Shown here one piece after another: positions 50,482-64,000 of a stretch of DNA of 64,000 bases. The notes under the pieces are model-generated. The model searched no databases, had not been told where the DNA came from, and was given only the letters and a program-made list of their open reading frames with translations. The stretch is taken from the NCBI GenBank assembly GCA_951406725.2, contig OX597818.1:97588001-97652000 (forward strand), given 5' to 3'. The position numbers and the translations under genes were made by a program. Positions within the stretch are counted from its first letter, which is position 1. Every line of letters starts with the position of its first letter. The DNA is from Octopus vulgaris. Lineage: Eukaryota.

Positions 50482-53374
50482 GGCACTTTTTCATTTAACT
50501 GTGACAGCTTGCTTTTTTTGTTTTGTTTAAGCGTGACAGCTTGCTTTTTCATTTAAACATGCACACACCTACACAGGAGTTTTTGCGTGACAGCTGAAAT
50601 ATTTTTCGTTTATCTGTGACAGCTAAAATATATTTAATAAGAAATGAAAATTAAAACAAAAATACTAACAAAATATTTTATTTGAAAAATTTATAGATTA
50701 TAAACATCTCTCACACCAATCAAAATTATAGTTTATAAACATCTCTCACACCAATCAAAAGATTCTGGAATGGATCATCATTAAACTGATATCGCTATAT
50801 GAATTCAATTAAGGGCGGAAGTAAAGATCATGGACCGCACCCACTTATTTTTTTTTTTTACGGGAACACATTATATCGATGGCGGAGATTCCGAATCTGT
50901 AAAAAAAAAAAAAAAAAAAAAAAAAGGGATTTCAAAATTTTAAACCCCCCCCCCCCCCGCATTTCTTGAATTTTTACTTAAAAAAAAATATCATTTTTCT
51001 GGCGAAATACGTAGAGAAATATGGAGATTATGATTCTGAAAAAAAAAAAAAAAATTGAATGATATCCGCCCGTCCCTCCCCACCATTTTCTCCCAAATTT
51101 GTTTATTTTTATTTCCGGAAAATTGCCAAAAATCGGCATTGTTAAATTTCCCCCTTTCCTCCCCCAAATTCTTCAATTTTGACTTTTTTCCCTAACACTA
51201 ACCCTAACCCTAAAACTCCAACACGATCCCTAAAACTGTTACCTTAAAACCCTAACTGTAACTACAGAAATGTTTTGAAATTTTTGTCCGAATCATAATT
51301 TTCGTATTTTCCAGCATATTTAGGAAAAAAAAAAATTCTTAAAAAATAATTTTACCAAAATTTTGGGAATTTTTTTCCGTATTTCTCCACATATTTTGAA
51401 AAATAAAATTCTAAAAAAAGTGAAAAAAGAAAAAAAAAAATGGAGGAAAATGCCGATTTTTGCCAATTTTTTTGCAGATTCGTATTCCCTGTAGCCGAAA
51501 AGGTAGGTGGTGTTTGTGTCGAAAAAAACAAAAAAATTTTTTAAAGGGTGGTTTTTTGGCGGGGACGGGCGGAAGTCTGCCCAATTTTTTTAAAGAATTT
51601 TTTTCTTTTTTAAATATGCGGAAAAATACGAACATCAGGATTCGGACAAAAATTTCAAAACATTTCTGTACTTACGGTTACGGTTTTAGGGTTAGGGGGT
51701 TACGGTTACGGTTTTAAGGTTAGTGTTGCGGAAAGAAGTCAAAATTGAAGAAGTTGGGGTGGTGGGGAGAAAATTTTCCACAATGCCGACTTATGGCAAT
51801 TTTCCGGAACCTCTGTATTCGAAAACGGGGATTTTTGGCAAAAAAAAAAAAAATTTTAATTAAACAAATTTGGGAGAAAATGGGGGGAGGGGAAGCGGAA
51901 GTCTTCCCAAAAAATTTTACAAAGATTTTTGGAAATTTTTTTCAAAATCATAATCGTATTTTCCCGCATATTTTGAGAAAAAAACATTCTGAAAAAAGTT
52001 TAAAATGAGGGTGGTGGGTAATTTAGAAATGTCGATTTTTTGCCAATTTTTTTTTGCAGATTCGTATTCCCCGTAGCCGAAAAGTGGGGAGGAGGGTTGT
52101 GTCCTAAAAAAAAGTTTTAAAAAAGGGTGGTTTAAGGGGTGGGGACGGGCGGAAGTCTTGCTACAATTTTTTTTAGAATCATAATCTCCGTATTTTTCTA
52201 CGTATTTCGCCAAAAGATATTTTAAAAGTAAGAGAAAAATGATGATATTAATTACAATTTTGAAACGTGTTTCTAGCCTGTTAGGTTTTCTGTTTAGATA
52301 CTTTTTGAATCTGCTATTTTATAATTCTATGCTTGCGCGAAACATTTGTAGAGATAACACTTGAATTTCGCTTCTTGTCAGAGGGCGGTTGGGAGGGGGT
52401 GTTTGTTTTTGAAAAATTGAAATTTTATAATTTTTTTTCCAGACTCATAATATTTTTCTACGTATTTGCCCCCTCCCACGCCCGCCCGAGCTTTTTTAAA
52501 AAGTGAAAATTTAAGAAATTGGGGTTGGGGAATGAAGGGGTGAAATGCAGATATTTTTTTGCAGATTCAGAATCTCCACCGTCGATATAGTGCGTTCCTG
52601 TAAAAAAAAAAAAAAGAAAAGAAAAGAAAAATCCCAAAGGGTGTGGTCCATGATATTTACCTCTGCCCTATTAAGACATGTCCTTGCTGATCCAATTTCT
52701 CTTTTCTTCAGTGTTTTGGCACTGTTTCACATTGCCTCTACATGATAGGTTGAAGCACGTGAAATAGAATCGACGAAATTAACCGAGTGATTGACAGTGA
52801 GGTGATTATAACCAAGGTTTGCAATGGTGTTATAAACCTTCAATAAATTGCATATTATTGTTGTTCCAGGGCGTATACATTGTTGAATTATTGGTAATAA
52901 CCTTTCAGCTGATCTGTCTGGAACTGCAACCAAAAAGCACTTTTTTCCTTGCCCTAATTCAACACCACTGAATACTCAATGAGTTTTCACTTGGTGACCA
53001 TCATTAAACTTTCGTCAGACAACAGCTGATTCATCTATTTCCACATATATTCCTTCTCCGCCCAATTCAAGGGGATTTTTCAGGAAATATGTGGCACATA
53101 TGTCTCTGCAATAATTTTTCCCATTCACAACAGCCTCGGAGTCTAAACCCATTTAACGATTTAAAAATTTTGTACTGCTCAATTCATATGACCACCAATA
53201 TATTAAAGAAACAATTGTCCTTAGTGACAGTTTCCCCTACAGCCTTAGGCTAACAACTATCGCCTCGGTCAAACTGTCACGCTTAAACGAAAAAGCAAAA
53301 CTTAAACGAAACGAAATGCTTAACCAAAACGAAAAATCAAAAAGCAAGCTGACACGGTTAAATGAAAAAGCGCC
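50482..53374 (-). mobile_element. Decayed Merlin (IS1595/IS1016-like) DNA transposon
   Basis: About 31-bp TIRs GGC(A/G)CTTTTTCATTTAAC...CAGCTTGC and an 8-bp TSD (AATTTTCT/AATATTCT). Minus-strand remnants read GGEGIYVEIDESAV, VAVPDRSAERLLPIIQQCIRPGTTI, HLTVNHSVNFVD and IEFI*RYQFNDDPFQNLL. Confidence 0.85.
50812..52669. mobile_element. Non-coding foldback-like TIR element inserted into the Merlin transposase
   Basis: About 31-bp TIRs AGGGC(G/A)GA(A/G)GTAAA.ATCATGGACC.CACCC and a 4-bp TSD ATTA (50808-50811 and 52670-52673). The interior is built of internal inverted modules. Superfamily is uncertain (Sola or Kolobok-like). Confidence 0.75.
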
Positions 53375-53385
53375 AATATTCTTTT

Positions 53386-53710
53386 GGCGATCTTTCGTTT
53401 GTAGTAGCACGTTTCCGTCGATGATTTCCGTAAAAAAACTTATTTTTTTACATATGGGCTTGCGGGAACATTTGAAGTAATGAGAGCGAAAGAGACTAAG
53501 AGGAAGCGATTTTATGACGAGGGAATTTCTTTTGAAGTTACCGAAGCATTGATGTACATGTGTGTGTATGTGTGTTTGATGGGGTGTGGGAGACAGACAG
53601 TATGTTGTGTAAGTGAAGTGCTTCTGTTAGTGTGTGTGAAGAGACAGAGAGTAATGTGTGAAAGAGAGAGATAACTGAAATTTTTTACTCGGTGTATGTG
53701 TATGTATGCA

Positions 53711-53749
<39 letters not shown>

Positions 53750-53923
53750 ATCTATGCTTGTGTGTGTGTATGTATGTATGTATGGCCGATTCAGTGTGCC
53801 CCAGCATGGCCACAGCTCATTAGCTGAAACTGGAAAAATCAAAATCAAATCATATGTAAAAAAAATAAAAGTTTTTTACGAAAATCATCGACGGAAACGT
53901 GCTACTTCAAACGAAAGATCGCC
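53386..53923. mobile_element. MITE with about 50-bp TIRs (GGCGATCTTTCGTTTG...)
   Basis: Inverted termini ggcgatctttcgtttgtagtagcacgtttccgtcgatgattt and aaatcatcgacggaaacgtgctacttcaaacgaaagatcgcc. No clear TSD. Confidence 0.75.
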
Positions 53924-55356
53924 CTTTCCTACTCCCAACAAATGAAAAGAGACGAGAGATTTATGTTTAGTGTTTTTTGGGCTTTTTACAATGTTGAAAT
54001 TTCACTGTCTTTCATTGTGTGTGTACTTATATATATGCGTGTATGTTCAATGCCGTCGCGCGTGTGACGTAGTCTTTTAATGTACGGAGTTCAGTAAGTA
54101 TCAGAACAGGCTACTTGAGTGAGTGTCAATTATTTCCCCGAAAATGGCAAGTAGCCTGATAAAGCAGCTGATTTGTCTTTGATAGCATAACAGTCTAAAA
54201 CCTTGGCCATATTACGTAACTAAATGCGTTCTCTTAGTTAAATAATTTCAAAATGATTTGGCTCAACCAATAAGTATTTATTGCATGACCAACATCAGAA
54301 GTCACTGCACACCACTGGTCTGTATGTATGGGCGGATATAAAGAATGTGGACCGCACCCCCTCTGAATTTTTTTTTTTTTACAGAATCCCCCATTTTCGA
54401 GTACGGAGGTTCTGATTCTGCAAAGAAAAACGGCATTTTAAAATTTTAATTTCTCCCCACCTCCACCCACCAATTTCTTCAATTTTCACTTTTTTCAGAA
54501 TTTTAAATTTTAGAATCATAATTTCTCTATTTTTCTACGTATTTCGCAAAAAAAAAAAAAAAAAAAATTCTGAAAAAGTGAAAATTGAAGAATTTGTGGC
54601 GAGTGGATGGGGGTAGAATTAAAATTTTAAAATGCCCATTTTTCTGTTAGAATCACAATCTCCGTACTCGAAAATGGGGGATTCTGTGAAAAAACAAAAC
54701 AAAACAACGTATGTATGTGTGTGTTCAATGGGCTCTTTTCAGCCTGCCTGGAGTCATTTGGCAAGGTGCTATGCAATGGGACTGAATTCAGAACCATGTG
54801 ATTGGGAAGCAAGATTCTTAGCCATACAGCCACCTTTAGACTACCACAATAAACATATGAAGTAAGTCCATGCAACACTCTCAGACTGCTGTTTAACTCT
54901 TTGATATGGTGAGATTACTCTACAAACCCAAGCATCAACTCCTTGACTGTATCACTCTTCTCTTATAGCAATTTGATGACAGGTAATGACTTACTTATAT
55001 CTTAGATTGACCCTCATTTTTTGTGAAAATAATGTAGGCCAATACTGAGCTGTTGTGCTGTTGTTTAACCTTGTCGTAGCCCTGGTCAAGTAGGTACGTG
55101 TTCAAAGACATATCCAGTGGTAGTCATCTGTCTGAATGCCAATTACGTCGTCATTTATAAGTGTCCAATAAATCGTTCACTGGTTTCTTGTATCACGAAT
55201 GGCAACAACAACAAGGAAGTATTTATGTAACTCAGGTGGAATGAATATGGCCAGGTATTTTTGTTCACCACAACAGTTTATTCTCATTTTTCTCACTGAT
55301 TTTTATATCTTCCACTGATACACATGATATACACATGTTACTACGCTTGTATATTT

Positions 55357-55576
55357 AAGAGGGGGTGCTGAAGGGTTCCTGGGTTTAAGGGTATTGTGAA
55401 AGGCCTGGTTGGAAGCTCAGCCTTCTGAGTTCTTTTACAGGGCTTAGAAAAACTGAAGGACCGCTTCAATAAGTGCGTGAATCTGAGAAGGGAATATGTT
55501 GAATAAAATCATAATTAACTGATCCTTCTGTATTCTCTTTTACCCAAATCCAGGAACTTTTTAGTACCCCCTTGTA
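55357..55576. mobile_element. Tc1/mariner-type MITE
   Basis: Inverted ends TAagagggggtgctgaagggttcctgg and ccaggaactttttagtacccccttgTA. Confidence 0.6.
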
Positions 55577-56037
55577 TATATAACACACATAAACACATGT
55601 GTAGGCATGGCAGTGCAACTAAAAAGTTTGTTCACTGATCACATAGTTTTTAGGTTCAGTCACATTATATGACCCCTTGAGCAAGTGTCTTCTATTGTAG
55701 CTTCAGGCTGATCAAAGTCTTGCAGGTGTATTTGGCTGACAGAAACGGAAAGATGTTTGTCATGTGTGCATGTGTGTCTCCTTGCTTTGATATCATGTGA
55801 TAGATGTAAATGAGTGTCACCATCACACAAATGGTATTGTTTATTTCCAATCTTCCGGAAAAATATGTCCAGCCATGAGGAAATATTACCTTATTTGGAA
55901 ACAAGTGAGGTTTGGTGATTGGAAGGGTACAGAGCAATAGCTAATCTACCTTAACAAATACCATCTTGAGTCATGCAAATATGGTATAAGGGAACATTAA
56001 ATGATGATGATGATGATGATCCACACATACACACACA

Positions 56038-56370
56038 TATGGGGTGGTATCAAAAAGTACCCAAGCTAGTTGTGTAGTGTGCCAACAGATGGCAGCAAAG
56101 TGGAAGCTAGCAGTAACCTTCATGAGGCAGTGTATTGAGTGACATCACTATGTTTACTTCGCAAGTTGTGAAATTTGTGTTTTTGTGATCACGTGTAGGC
56201 TGTAGTCTGTGATTTTGTCATGGAAGCTGGAACAAAGAGCCAACTTGAATTTGTATATTAAACTGCTACAAAGACATTGAGCATGTTTCAGCAAGCCTAT
56301 GGCAATGAGGCAATGGGTTGTATGCAATATTTGGAGTGGTACAGGTGCTTCAAAAGTTGAAGAACGTCCT
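56038..56370 (+). mobile_element. Mariner 5' fragment; a related fragment lies on the minus strand at about 43360-43640
   Basis: MEAGTKSQLE.../...AYGNEAMG...LEWYRCFKS resembles the mariner HTH N-terminus. It shares 'ttgtgaaatttgtgtttttgtgatcacgtgtaggc' with the reverse complement of 43465-43505. Confidence 0.6.
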
Positions 56371-56586
56371 CATTTTTTTTTTTACTCTTTTACTTGTTTC
56401 AGTCATTTGACTGCAGCCATGCTAGAGCACCGCCTTTAGTCGAGCAAATTGATCCCAGGACTTATTCTTTGTAAGCCTAGTACTTATTCTATCGGTCTCT
56501 TTTGCCAAACCTTTTTCTTGGTATTATGGCTAAAATATGCAATGTGATACAGCATTTTGTAGTACCGGTATATTCTACAAAATGAG

Positions 56587-56715
56587 AAAGACGCAGTTTC
56601 ATCTTTCAGATGATTACATAAATAAATAATTTTACATAGGTAGAATGATTAAAGACGCAGTTTCATCTTTCAGATGATTACATAAATAAATAATTTTACA
56701 TAGGTAGAATGATTA
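56587..56715. repeat. Perfect 64-bp tandem duplication
   Basis: aaagacgcagtttcatctttcagatgattacataaataaataattttacataggtagaatgatt occurs twice. Confidence 0.9.
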
Positions 56716-57245
56716 GAGGAGGTCTTCATGGTCATTTTAAGACCAAAACCAGCTTCCTACTTTCCTTTGCTGAGATATCGCATTCTGAATGTCACAAAAC
56801 TTTGCATTTTTCTCGGTTTTTAAGTTGTGGCATTTACAATGGTCTGTTATTAAACACCCCAATTGTAACTGATCATTAAAAATGTGCTAAAGCATTTCTT
56901 TGTGATATTATTTGGATTATATTATGTTTGTGTGTATGAGCATGTTTGTGTGTAGCCTTGTCTTGTCATCATGTGATGTTCTAAATGAGATTGTTCATCT
57001 TCAGTCTTCTGTGAGAAATATACCTAGGTATGGAAAAATATTACCTTGCTTCAAAACAGATGAAGCTTAACGAAGGGAAGGGTATATATCTGTAGAGAAT
57101 CTGCCTCAACAAATTCTGTATGACCTATGTAAGCATGGAATACTAAATGTGTGCTGATACTGATGATGATGATTGTGCAATATTGAATGACACATTTGAA
57201 ATTTAATCATGCAATGAGAAAATAACAAACCATAGCTTCACTTAC

Positions 57246-57327
57246 ATGTTGCAACAAAAGCTGAACTATAATCTCGTGTCCTCCTGCAGCTGCTTCCATG
57301 AAAGGAGTCATCCCCAGGCTTGGTTCC
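57246..57327 (-). CDS. ANKS3: ANKS3 coding exon 4 (ankyrin repeat)
   Basis: Encodes EPSLGMTPFMEAAAGGHEIIVQLLLQH. cAG/GTAAG boundaries, 82 nt, phase 2 to 0. Confidence 0.95.
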
Positions 57328-57339
57328 CTGCCAACATGA

Positions 57340-57370
<31 letters not shown>

Positions 57371-57635
57371 AAATGAAAAATTTTAAATGCACCCTTTTAA
57401 AGCCTAGCCAGGCTCATGGGCCCGGTTTCCTGGTTTCAATGGCGTATACATTCCCCAGCTAGATGGGACGCCAGTCCATCGCAGCGTTACTCATTTTTGC
57501 CAGCTGAGTGGACTGGAGCAATGTAAAATGAAGTGTTTTGCTCAAGAACACAACGCGTCGCCCAGTCCAGGAATCGAAAGCAAAATCTTACGATAATGAT
57601 GCTGACACCCTAACAACTAAGCCACGCGCCTCCAC

Positions 57636-57668
<33 letters not shown>

Positions 57669-59134
57669 CTTTTCTACTATAGGTACAAGGCCTGAAATTT
57701 GTGGGAGGCGACTAGTCGATTACATCAACCCTGAAAGGATGAAAGGCAAAGTCGACTTTGGTGGAATTTGAACTAAGAACAAAGCAACAGGGGAAATACA
57801 GCTAAGCATTTCGTCCAGCATGCTAACAATTCTACCAGCTCACTGCCTTAATAATAATAATAATAATGATAATAATAATAATGATAATAATTATAAGTGC
57901 CCTGATGCAATACCAGGCAGTAGCTCTCATGTTTTCTGATTTTAACTGATTGGAAGTATTATTATGTACATTGTTTTGTCTTGGTATAAAAGATGTACTA
58001 CAGCAAATATTGTGCTCAATACCACAGATTTGCTTGTTAGTTGTTTGACCATAACCAGTTGAGCATGTCCCTGAGTGGCTGACGATATGTGCATCTCTGA
58101 TCACGAGCAGAAGTAGTGGGACAGCATCATAGCCATGTGTTGAGAGGGATTCTTTAGGGTTTGAATAATTCACCTTTGGAAACATGGGTATTTCATTCAA
58201 CATCCTTAAACAACCCTTATTTAGGGACCTTTTGAGCAGGATGGGCTACTCAACCTGAAGAAAATTCTAACTGGGCCCCACCTGCAAGATCTTGATATGA
58301 GATCGCCATGTTGCGCACATATGGTTGTGATGCATGTGCCTGGTGTACCCTTATCAGTTGGGTAGTCATGCTGGGTATATTAGGCTTCATGCATTTGTAT
58401 CCCAGTTTCACTTTGATAGCATGCACTGCTCTCTCACTCAATAATAATGATAATAATAATAATGATAATAATTTAAAATTTTGCCACAAGGGCAGCAATT
58501 TGGGGGTGGGGATAGTCAATTACATCATCCCCACTACTTGACTGGTATTTAATTTATTGACCAAGAAAGGATGAAAGGCAAAGTCGACCTCGGTGGAATT
58601 TGAACTCAGAATGTAGCAGATGAAATACTGCTAAGCATTTCGTCCAACACAGTGACACTTCTACCAGCTTGCCACCTTAATAATAATGATAATAATAATA
58701 ATAATAATAAAATAATAAAAATAATAATAATAATAATAAAATAATAAAAATAAAAATAAAATAATAATAATAAAATAATAATAAAAATAATAATTATAGT
58801 AATATAATAATAATGATAATAATAAAAATAATAATAAAATAATAATAATAATAAAATAATAATAAAAATAATAATAGTAATATAATAATAATAATAAAAT
58901 AATAAAAAAAAATAATAATAATAATAATAATCATGATTCTTTCTAATTTTGGTATAAGACCAGCAATTCTTGTTTTCTTCCTCTACTCCAACACTACCAT
59001 TGCCACCCCAAAAATCTTGAAAACCCTAAAGAGGGTTATAGACACTGTCCTTCTACTAAGCCATAAAAAGATGTAGATATAAGAATTCAAAGCAAATTAG
59101 AGGCACCATTGAAAAGTATCAATAACCTATATAC

Positions 59135-59256
59135 CTGGCATTTAAGTTGGCATTATTCTCTAACAGGAATTTGACAACATTCTGGTGTCCAGCATACGTG
59201 GCATGGAACAGGGATGTCCATCCTCGTTTATCCACTGCTTCAAGATCAGAGCCATG
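59135..59256 (-). CDS. ANKS3: ANKS3 coding exon 3 (ankyrin repeat)
   Basis: Encodes HGSDLEAVDKRGWTSLFHATYAGHQNVVKFLLENNANLNA. ttccAG/GTAT boundaries, 122 nt, phase 0 to 2. Confidence 0.95.
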
Positions 59257-59819
59257 CTGGAAAATAAAATAGAAAAAGATTAACAAGAAGTGTTATTATA
59301 AAGGTTTCAAATTTTGACACAAAGCCAGCAATTTAGGGGAGGGGTTAAGTTGATTACATCGCCTGGTGCTTATTTTATTGACCCTAAAGGACGAGAGGCA
59401 AAGTAAACCTTAGCAGAATTTGAACTCAGACCATAAAGACAGATGAAATACTGCCAAGCACTTTCTCTGGTGTGTTAATGATTTCACTTTGCTCATTGCT
59501 TTGACATAGCTAGATATCAGTTTCAAATTTTAGCACAAGGCCATCAATTTTGTCACACTGAATCTCCCCGAGAACTACATTAAGGGTACATGTGTCTGTG
59601 GAGTGCTCAGCCACTTGCACATTAATTTCACAAGCAGGCTGGTCATTGTAACCGACGGAGTGCCATATATGTGTTTGTGTGATTGTGTGTATGTGTGTTT
59701 GTGAGTGAAGATATATATATATATATATATATATATCTTGCACCTACATATATATATATATATATATATATGTATATGTGGTTGGGAAGCAAACTTTTTA
59801 CCACATAGCCACTCCTGCA

Positions 59820-59853
<34 letters not shown>

Positions 59854-60178
59854 TGCAGGATACATATATATATATATATATATCTTCACTCACACACACA
59901 CTATCACACAAACACATACATATGTATTTCTCCCACTCCCCACCACACACACACAATAAGTTTCTTTCAGCTTCTGTCTACTACAACCACTCGCAAGGCC
60001 AGAAAGCATTAGTCAGCCTACGGTGCAAAGCAGTGGGTCTGAACTTGAAACCATGCAGTTAGGAGAGAACGTCCTAACCACACAACCATGCCCATGTCTA
60101 CCTTACCTATCCAATCACAACATTGTCACTAAAAACAATGGTTTTATGCAGATTGAAGACTGGGATTATTTTTGTTAC

Positions 60179-60377
60179 CTGAAACAGAAAATAGGACACT
60201 CTTTCATTGCCACAGCTGGAAGCTAACATCAAAGATGTTTGCCCCTTGTAGTTGCTTATGTTCACATTGGCATTGGCCTTCAACAGAAGGTTCAAGATGT
60301 TTTCATGTCCAATATAGCTGGCATACATCAACGGAGTCCATCCACCTTTATTGCGGCAGTCGATATTTACTTCATTC
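60179..60377 (-). CDS. ANKS3: ANKS3 coding exon 2 (ankyrin repeats)
   Basis: Encodes NKGGWTPLMYASYIGHENILNLLL...GQTSLMLASSCGNERVSYFLFQ. AG/GT boundaries, 199 nt, phase 2 to 0. Confidence 0.95.
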
Positions 60378-60772
60378 CTAGAAAGGCAAAAAAAAAAGGT
60401 TTTTAATTCAGTATCATCAGAAAAGTAGTGTAGTAAGGGAGAGCGAGGAGGTGACAGGGGAGAGATTGTGGCAGTGGGGGTAGGTTGTGATAGTGGAACG
60501 AAGGCTGCAGCTGGAGGTGGTGCAGTCCAACAGAGTCGATGCTTTTATGGGAGTGGCACTTTTAGGTCACTCCCATAAAATACTGGCCTAGGAGAAAATT
60601 CAAGGGCTGTCCTGGGCAGTACACACTTTAACTATGCCATTGCATCACAAACTGACCTCTGTCTGTCTGTCTTTGCCTCAATCTCTCCCTCTCTATCCCT
60701 CTCTTTCTCTCCCTCTCTCATGCACAGAGTTAGAAACTCAAATACACATATATAATTGAAACTGTATCTTAC

Positions 60773-60969
60773 CTGACCAAAATAGAACGGACACATTCAT
60801 AATGTCCAATGCTGGAAGCTGTGTGAATGTCAAGAGGACAAGGTACAAAATCTTCATCTTCATTAATAGCCACTCGTCCTCGCCAAACTGAAAGACTCCG
60901 ATCAAGAAGCTCACTCTCAGAAGATTCATCAGAACCCTCACATGAGTTGTTTTCAGTGCCAGAACTCAT
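60773..60969 (-). CDS. ANKS3: ANKS3 coding exon 1 (start codon, first ankyrin repeat)
   Basis: Encodes MSSGTENN...SELLDRSLSVWRG...PLDIHTASSIGHYECVRSILV, matching the ANKS3 N-terminus. GTAAG donor at 60772 (phase 2). An upstream acceptor ttttgacAG suggests the exon begins at 61079. Confidence 0.9.
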
Positions 60970-63639
60970 TGTTTCAAATAGTGTGAACAGAGCTGGGTTC
61001 TATCTAGAGATGAACTGCGGATTCTTACACATAAACATTTTGACCCAGGTGTGGGTAAATTCATTCCTTGCTGGACACCCTGTCAAAATAAAAGAACATA
61101 TTTCAAGCACAGGAGTCTATGGCAGCTGTCAAGTAGTTGAGGCTATGAAAGAAAATGGACAGTATGGGTTTAGACAATATCTAACTCTTAGTGGTTTATT
61201 GGAGTCTGGAATCTGAGATACACAAAGATGATGATGGTGATGGTCCAAGACTGTCCAGGAAGTGTTGCTTCTCTGAGATTCATTTAATAAACATAATCAC
61301 TGTTTCTAATACAGGCAGCACCGCCACCACCACCAGGTTAGGGTTATGTTGATGAAATTAAATGATTTTTTAAAATATTGCTTCATTAAAAAACATTCTG
61401 TTTCAAACACATGTTCAGCAGCTATTTCATAATATTTAAATGTTTCTAACATTGAACAGTATGTGGTTCATTCTTATAAATGCTCATCATTTTTCAAAAG
61501 TGTTCCAGCCATAACCATCCTGTCATTTTTTCTTAGCCTAATTAGAGTTTTAGTGCTCTCTCTCTCTCTGCTTCCCTGGGACTTTGTTTTTTTTTGTAAT
61601 TCTTTTTATTAATAATGCATAGTTTTACATACACAAAAGAATCAATTAACTTATTTCCATTTTGAAAATATTTTTGTTTTGGAGCTTAAACTCTGAGATC
61701 TTCCTTCCCATGATCCTCTATGGTTTTCATCTGTACATGTACTGTTATCTATTTGTTTTTAGTATATATACATATGGAGGTGCAATGGCCCAGTGTTCAG
61801 GGCAGCGGACTCAAAGTCGGAGGATCGTGGTTTTGACTCCCAGACCGGGCGTTGTGTGTGTTTATTGAGCAAAAACATCTAAAAAGCTCCACAAGGCCCC
61901 AGCAGTGGGTGGTGGTGACCCCTGTTGTACTCTTTCGCCCCAACTTTCTCTCACTCTTTCTTCCTGTTTCTTGAGTAACACTGCGATGGACTGGCGTCCC
62001 GTCCAGCTGTGGGGAATTCATATGCCATAGAAACTGGGAAACCGGGCCCATGAGCCTGGCTAGGCTTGAAAAGAGCACATACACACATATATGTATATAT
62101 TTTTTTATGTGAGAGAGAGAGAGAGAGAGCTCTATAAATTGAGGCTAAGTTCAAGGTGAACTGATTTTGGGATCAACTTCTGACCCCTGGTTTAATCATT
62201 TCACTACATCCAGACCAGGTATGGGCAACCTTTTCTGAGAAGTTGATTGCATGAGACATGGTTTATTATCAAGCATGCTGCAATACTAAAAAAATTCTAA
62301 TGAATTTCATTTTCCTTGTTAAATTATGTGTATTGTTCAGAAAACCCTTCTGATCTACACTTAGCCAATAATCCCTCCATAATCAATTTAATGACATGTT
62401 TGTTCATTTAACATTTGTTTTTTTTCTTCCTTTCCATGCTAGTATGGGATGTGTAGGGGCGTATTTGTGATAAGATTTTATTCCTGGATACCCTTCCTGG
62501 TGTTAATCTTAACTTGTTTATTCCTGGATGCCTCCCTGTTCTAATCCTATCTTGTTTATTCCTGGCAGAATTGTTAGTACGCTGGACGAAATGCTTAGAG
62601 GTATTTTTCCCATTCTTACATTCCGAGTTCAAATTCACCGAGGTCAACTTTGCCTGTCATCCTTTTGGGGTCAATAAATTAAGTACCAGTTGAGTACTGG
62701 GGTCGATGTGATTGAGTGTTCCCTCCTGCAAATTTCAGGCTTTGCGCTATGGTAGAAAGGATTATTATTAGGCGTAGGAGTGGCTGTGTTGTAAGTAGCT
62801 TGCTTACGAACCATATGTTTCCAGGTTCAGTCCCACTGTGTGGCACCTTGGGCAGGTGTCTTCTACTATAACCTCAGGCTGACCAAAGCCTTGTGAGTGG
62901 ATTTGGTAGATGGAAACTGAAAGAAGCCCATCATATATATATATATACATATGTATGTGTGTATATATGTTTGTATGTCTGTGTTTGTCCCCCCCAACAT
63001 CACTTGACAACCTATGCTGGTGTGTTTACGTTCCCATAACTTAGTGGTTCGGCAAAAGACACAGATAGAATAAGTACTAGGCTTACAAAGACTAAGTCCT
63101 GGGGTCGATTTGCTCGACTAAAGGCAGTGCTCCAGCATGGCCACAGTCACATGACTGAAACAAGTAAAAGAGTAAAGAGTATTACTAATTTGTAAGGCAT
63201 TAAGCAGGTAGGATCACTTGTGCATCAATCAAAATGCCATGAAGAATTTCTTTTAACTTTTTCTGTTCTGATTTCAAATCCCACAGAAGCCAACTTTGCC
63301 ATTCATCCTTTTGTGGTCAATACAATAAAGTACAAGTCAAGTACTAAGGTCAATGGTATCAAGTAAACCCTTCCCTTCAAAAATTTCTGGTTTTGTACCA
63401 AAATCATAAACTATTAATATTATTGTCACGTCAAGGGGGCAAGCTGGCAGAATTGTTAGAGAGTTGGAAAATATCATGTGATATTTGTTTTGGCTCAACG
63501 ATTTTGAGTTCAAATCCCACCAAGGTCAACTTAGCCATTCTGCCATCTGGGGGGTCAATAAAATAAAATACCAGTCAAGCACTGAGGTCAATAAAATCAA
63601 CTGCTCCTCTCCCCTTAACCTCCAGGTTTTGGTTTTGGA

Positions 63640-64000
63640 AGCACTCCGTCGGTTACGACGACGAGGGTTCCGGTTGAACCGATCAACGGAACAGCCTGCT
63701 CGTGAAATTAACGTGTAAGTAGCTGAGCACTCCACAGACGCGTGTACCCTTAACGTAGTTCTCGGGGATATTCAGCGTGACACAGAGAGTGATAAGGCCA
63801 GCCCTTTGAAATACAGGTACAACAGAAACAGGAAGTAAGAGTGAGAGAAAGTTGTGGTGAAAAAGTACAGCAGGGATCACCACCACCCCCTGCCGGAGCC
63901 TCGTGGAGCTTTAGGTGTTTTCGCTCAATAAACACTCACAATGCCCGGTCTGGGAATCGAAACCGCGATCCTATGACCACGAGTCCACTGCCCTAACCAC
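63640..64000 (-). mobile_element. tRNA-derived SINE family C. Related copies at about 6031-6340(+), 11094-11395(+), 14300-14556(-), 24170-24300(-), 40348-40570(+), 49900-50135(+), 57390-57632(-), 61776-62077(+)
   Basis: tRNA-like head ggcgcaatggcccagtggttagggcagcggactcg...gtttcgattccc, with modular bodies shared among copies. Confidence 0.8.

Overview
This is AT-rich, repeat-dense animal genomic DNA. The (TA)n/(TG)n/(AAT)n tracts and tRNA-derived SINE families suggest a cephalopod, probably Octopus (inference). One host gene is fully reconstructable: ANKS3 on the minus strand, with 12 coding exons from ATG 60969 to TAG 28614, all GT-AG introns with matching phases, about 926 aa (ankyrin repeats, SAM domain, coiled coil). 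The rest is mostly transposon material: SINEs, a CR1-group LINE end, mariner and maT relics, a decayed Merlin element with Merlin-type MITEs, hAT/piggyBac-type MITEs and many Penelope-like (PLE) 3' ends. Three things stand out. (1) An intact, TSD-bounded, ORF1-only retroelement (46937-48607) shares its 3' tail with a local SINE family. (2) Six head-to-head fold-back insertions of retroelement 3' ends occur here; several carry hammerhead-ribozyme-like cores and one carries the 3' half of U6 snRNA. (3) A PLE 3' end has a tRNA-like Pol III module placed just upstream of a hammerhead core. All coordinates were read by eye, so repeat boundaries are approximate.
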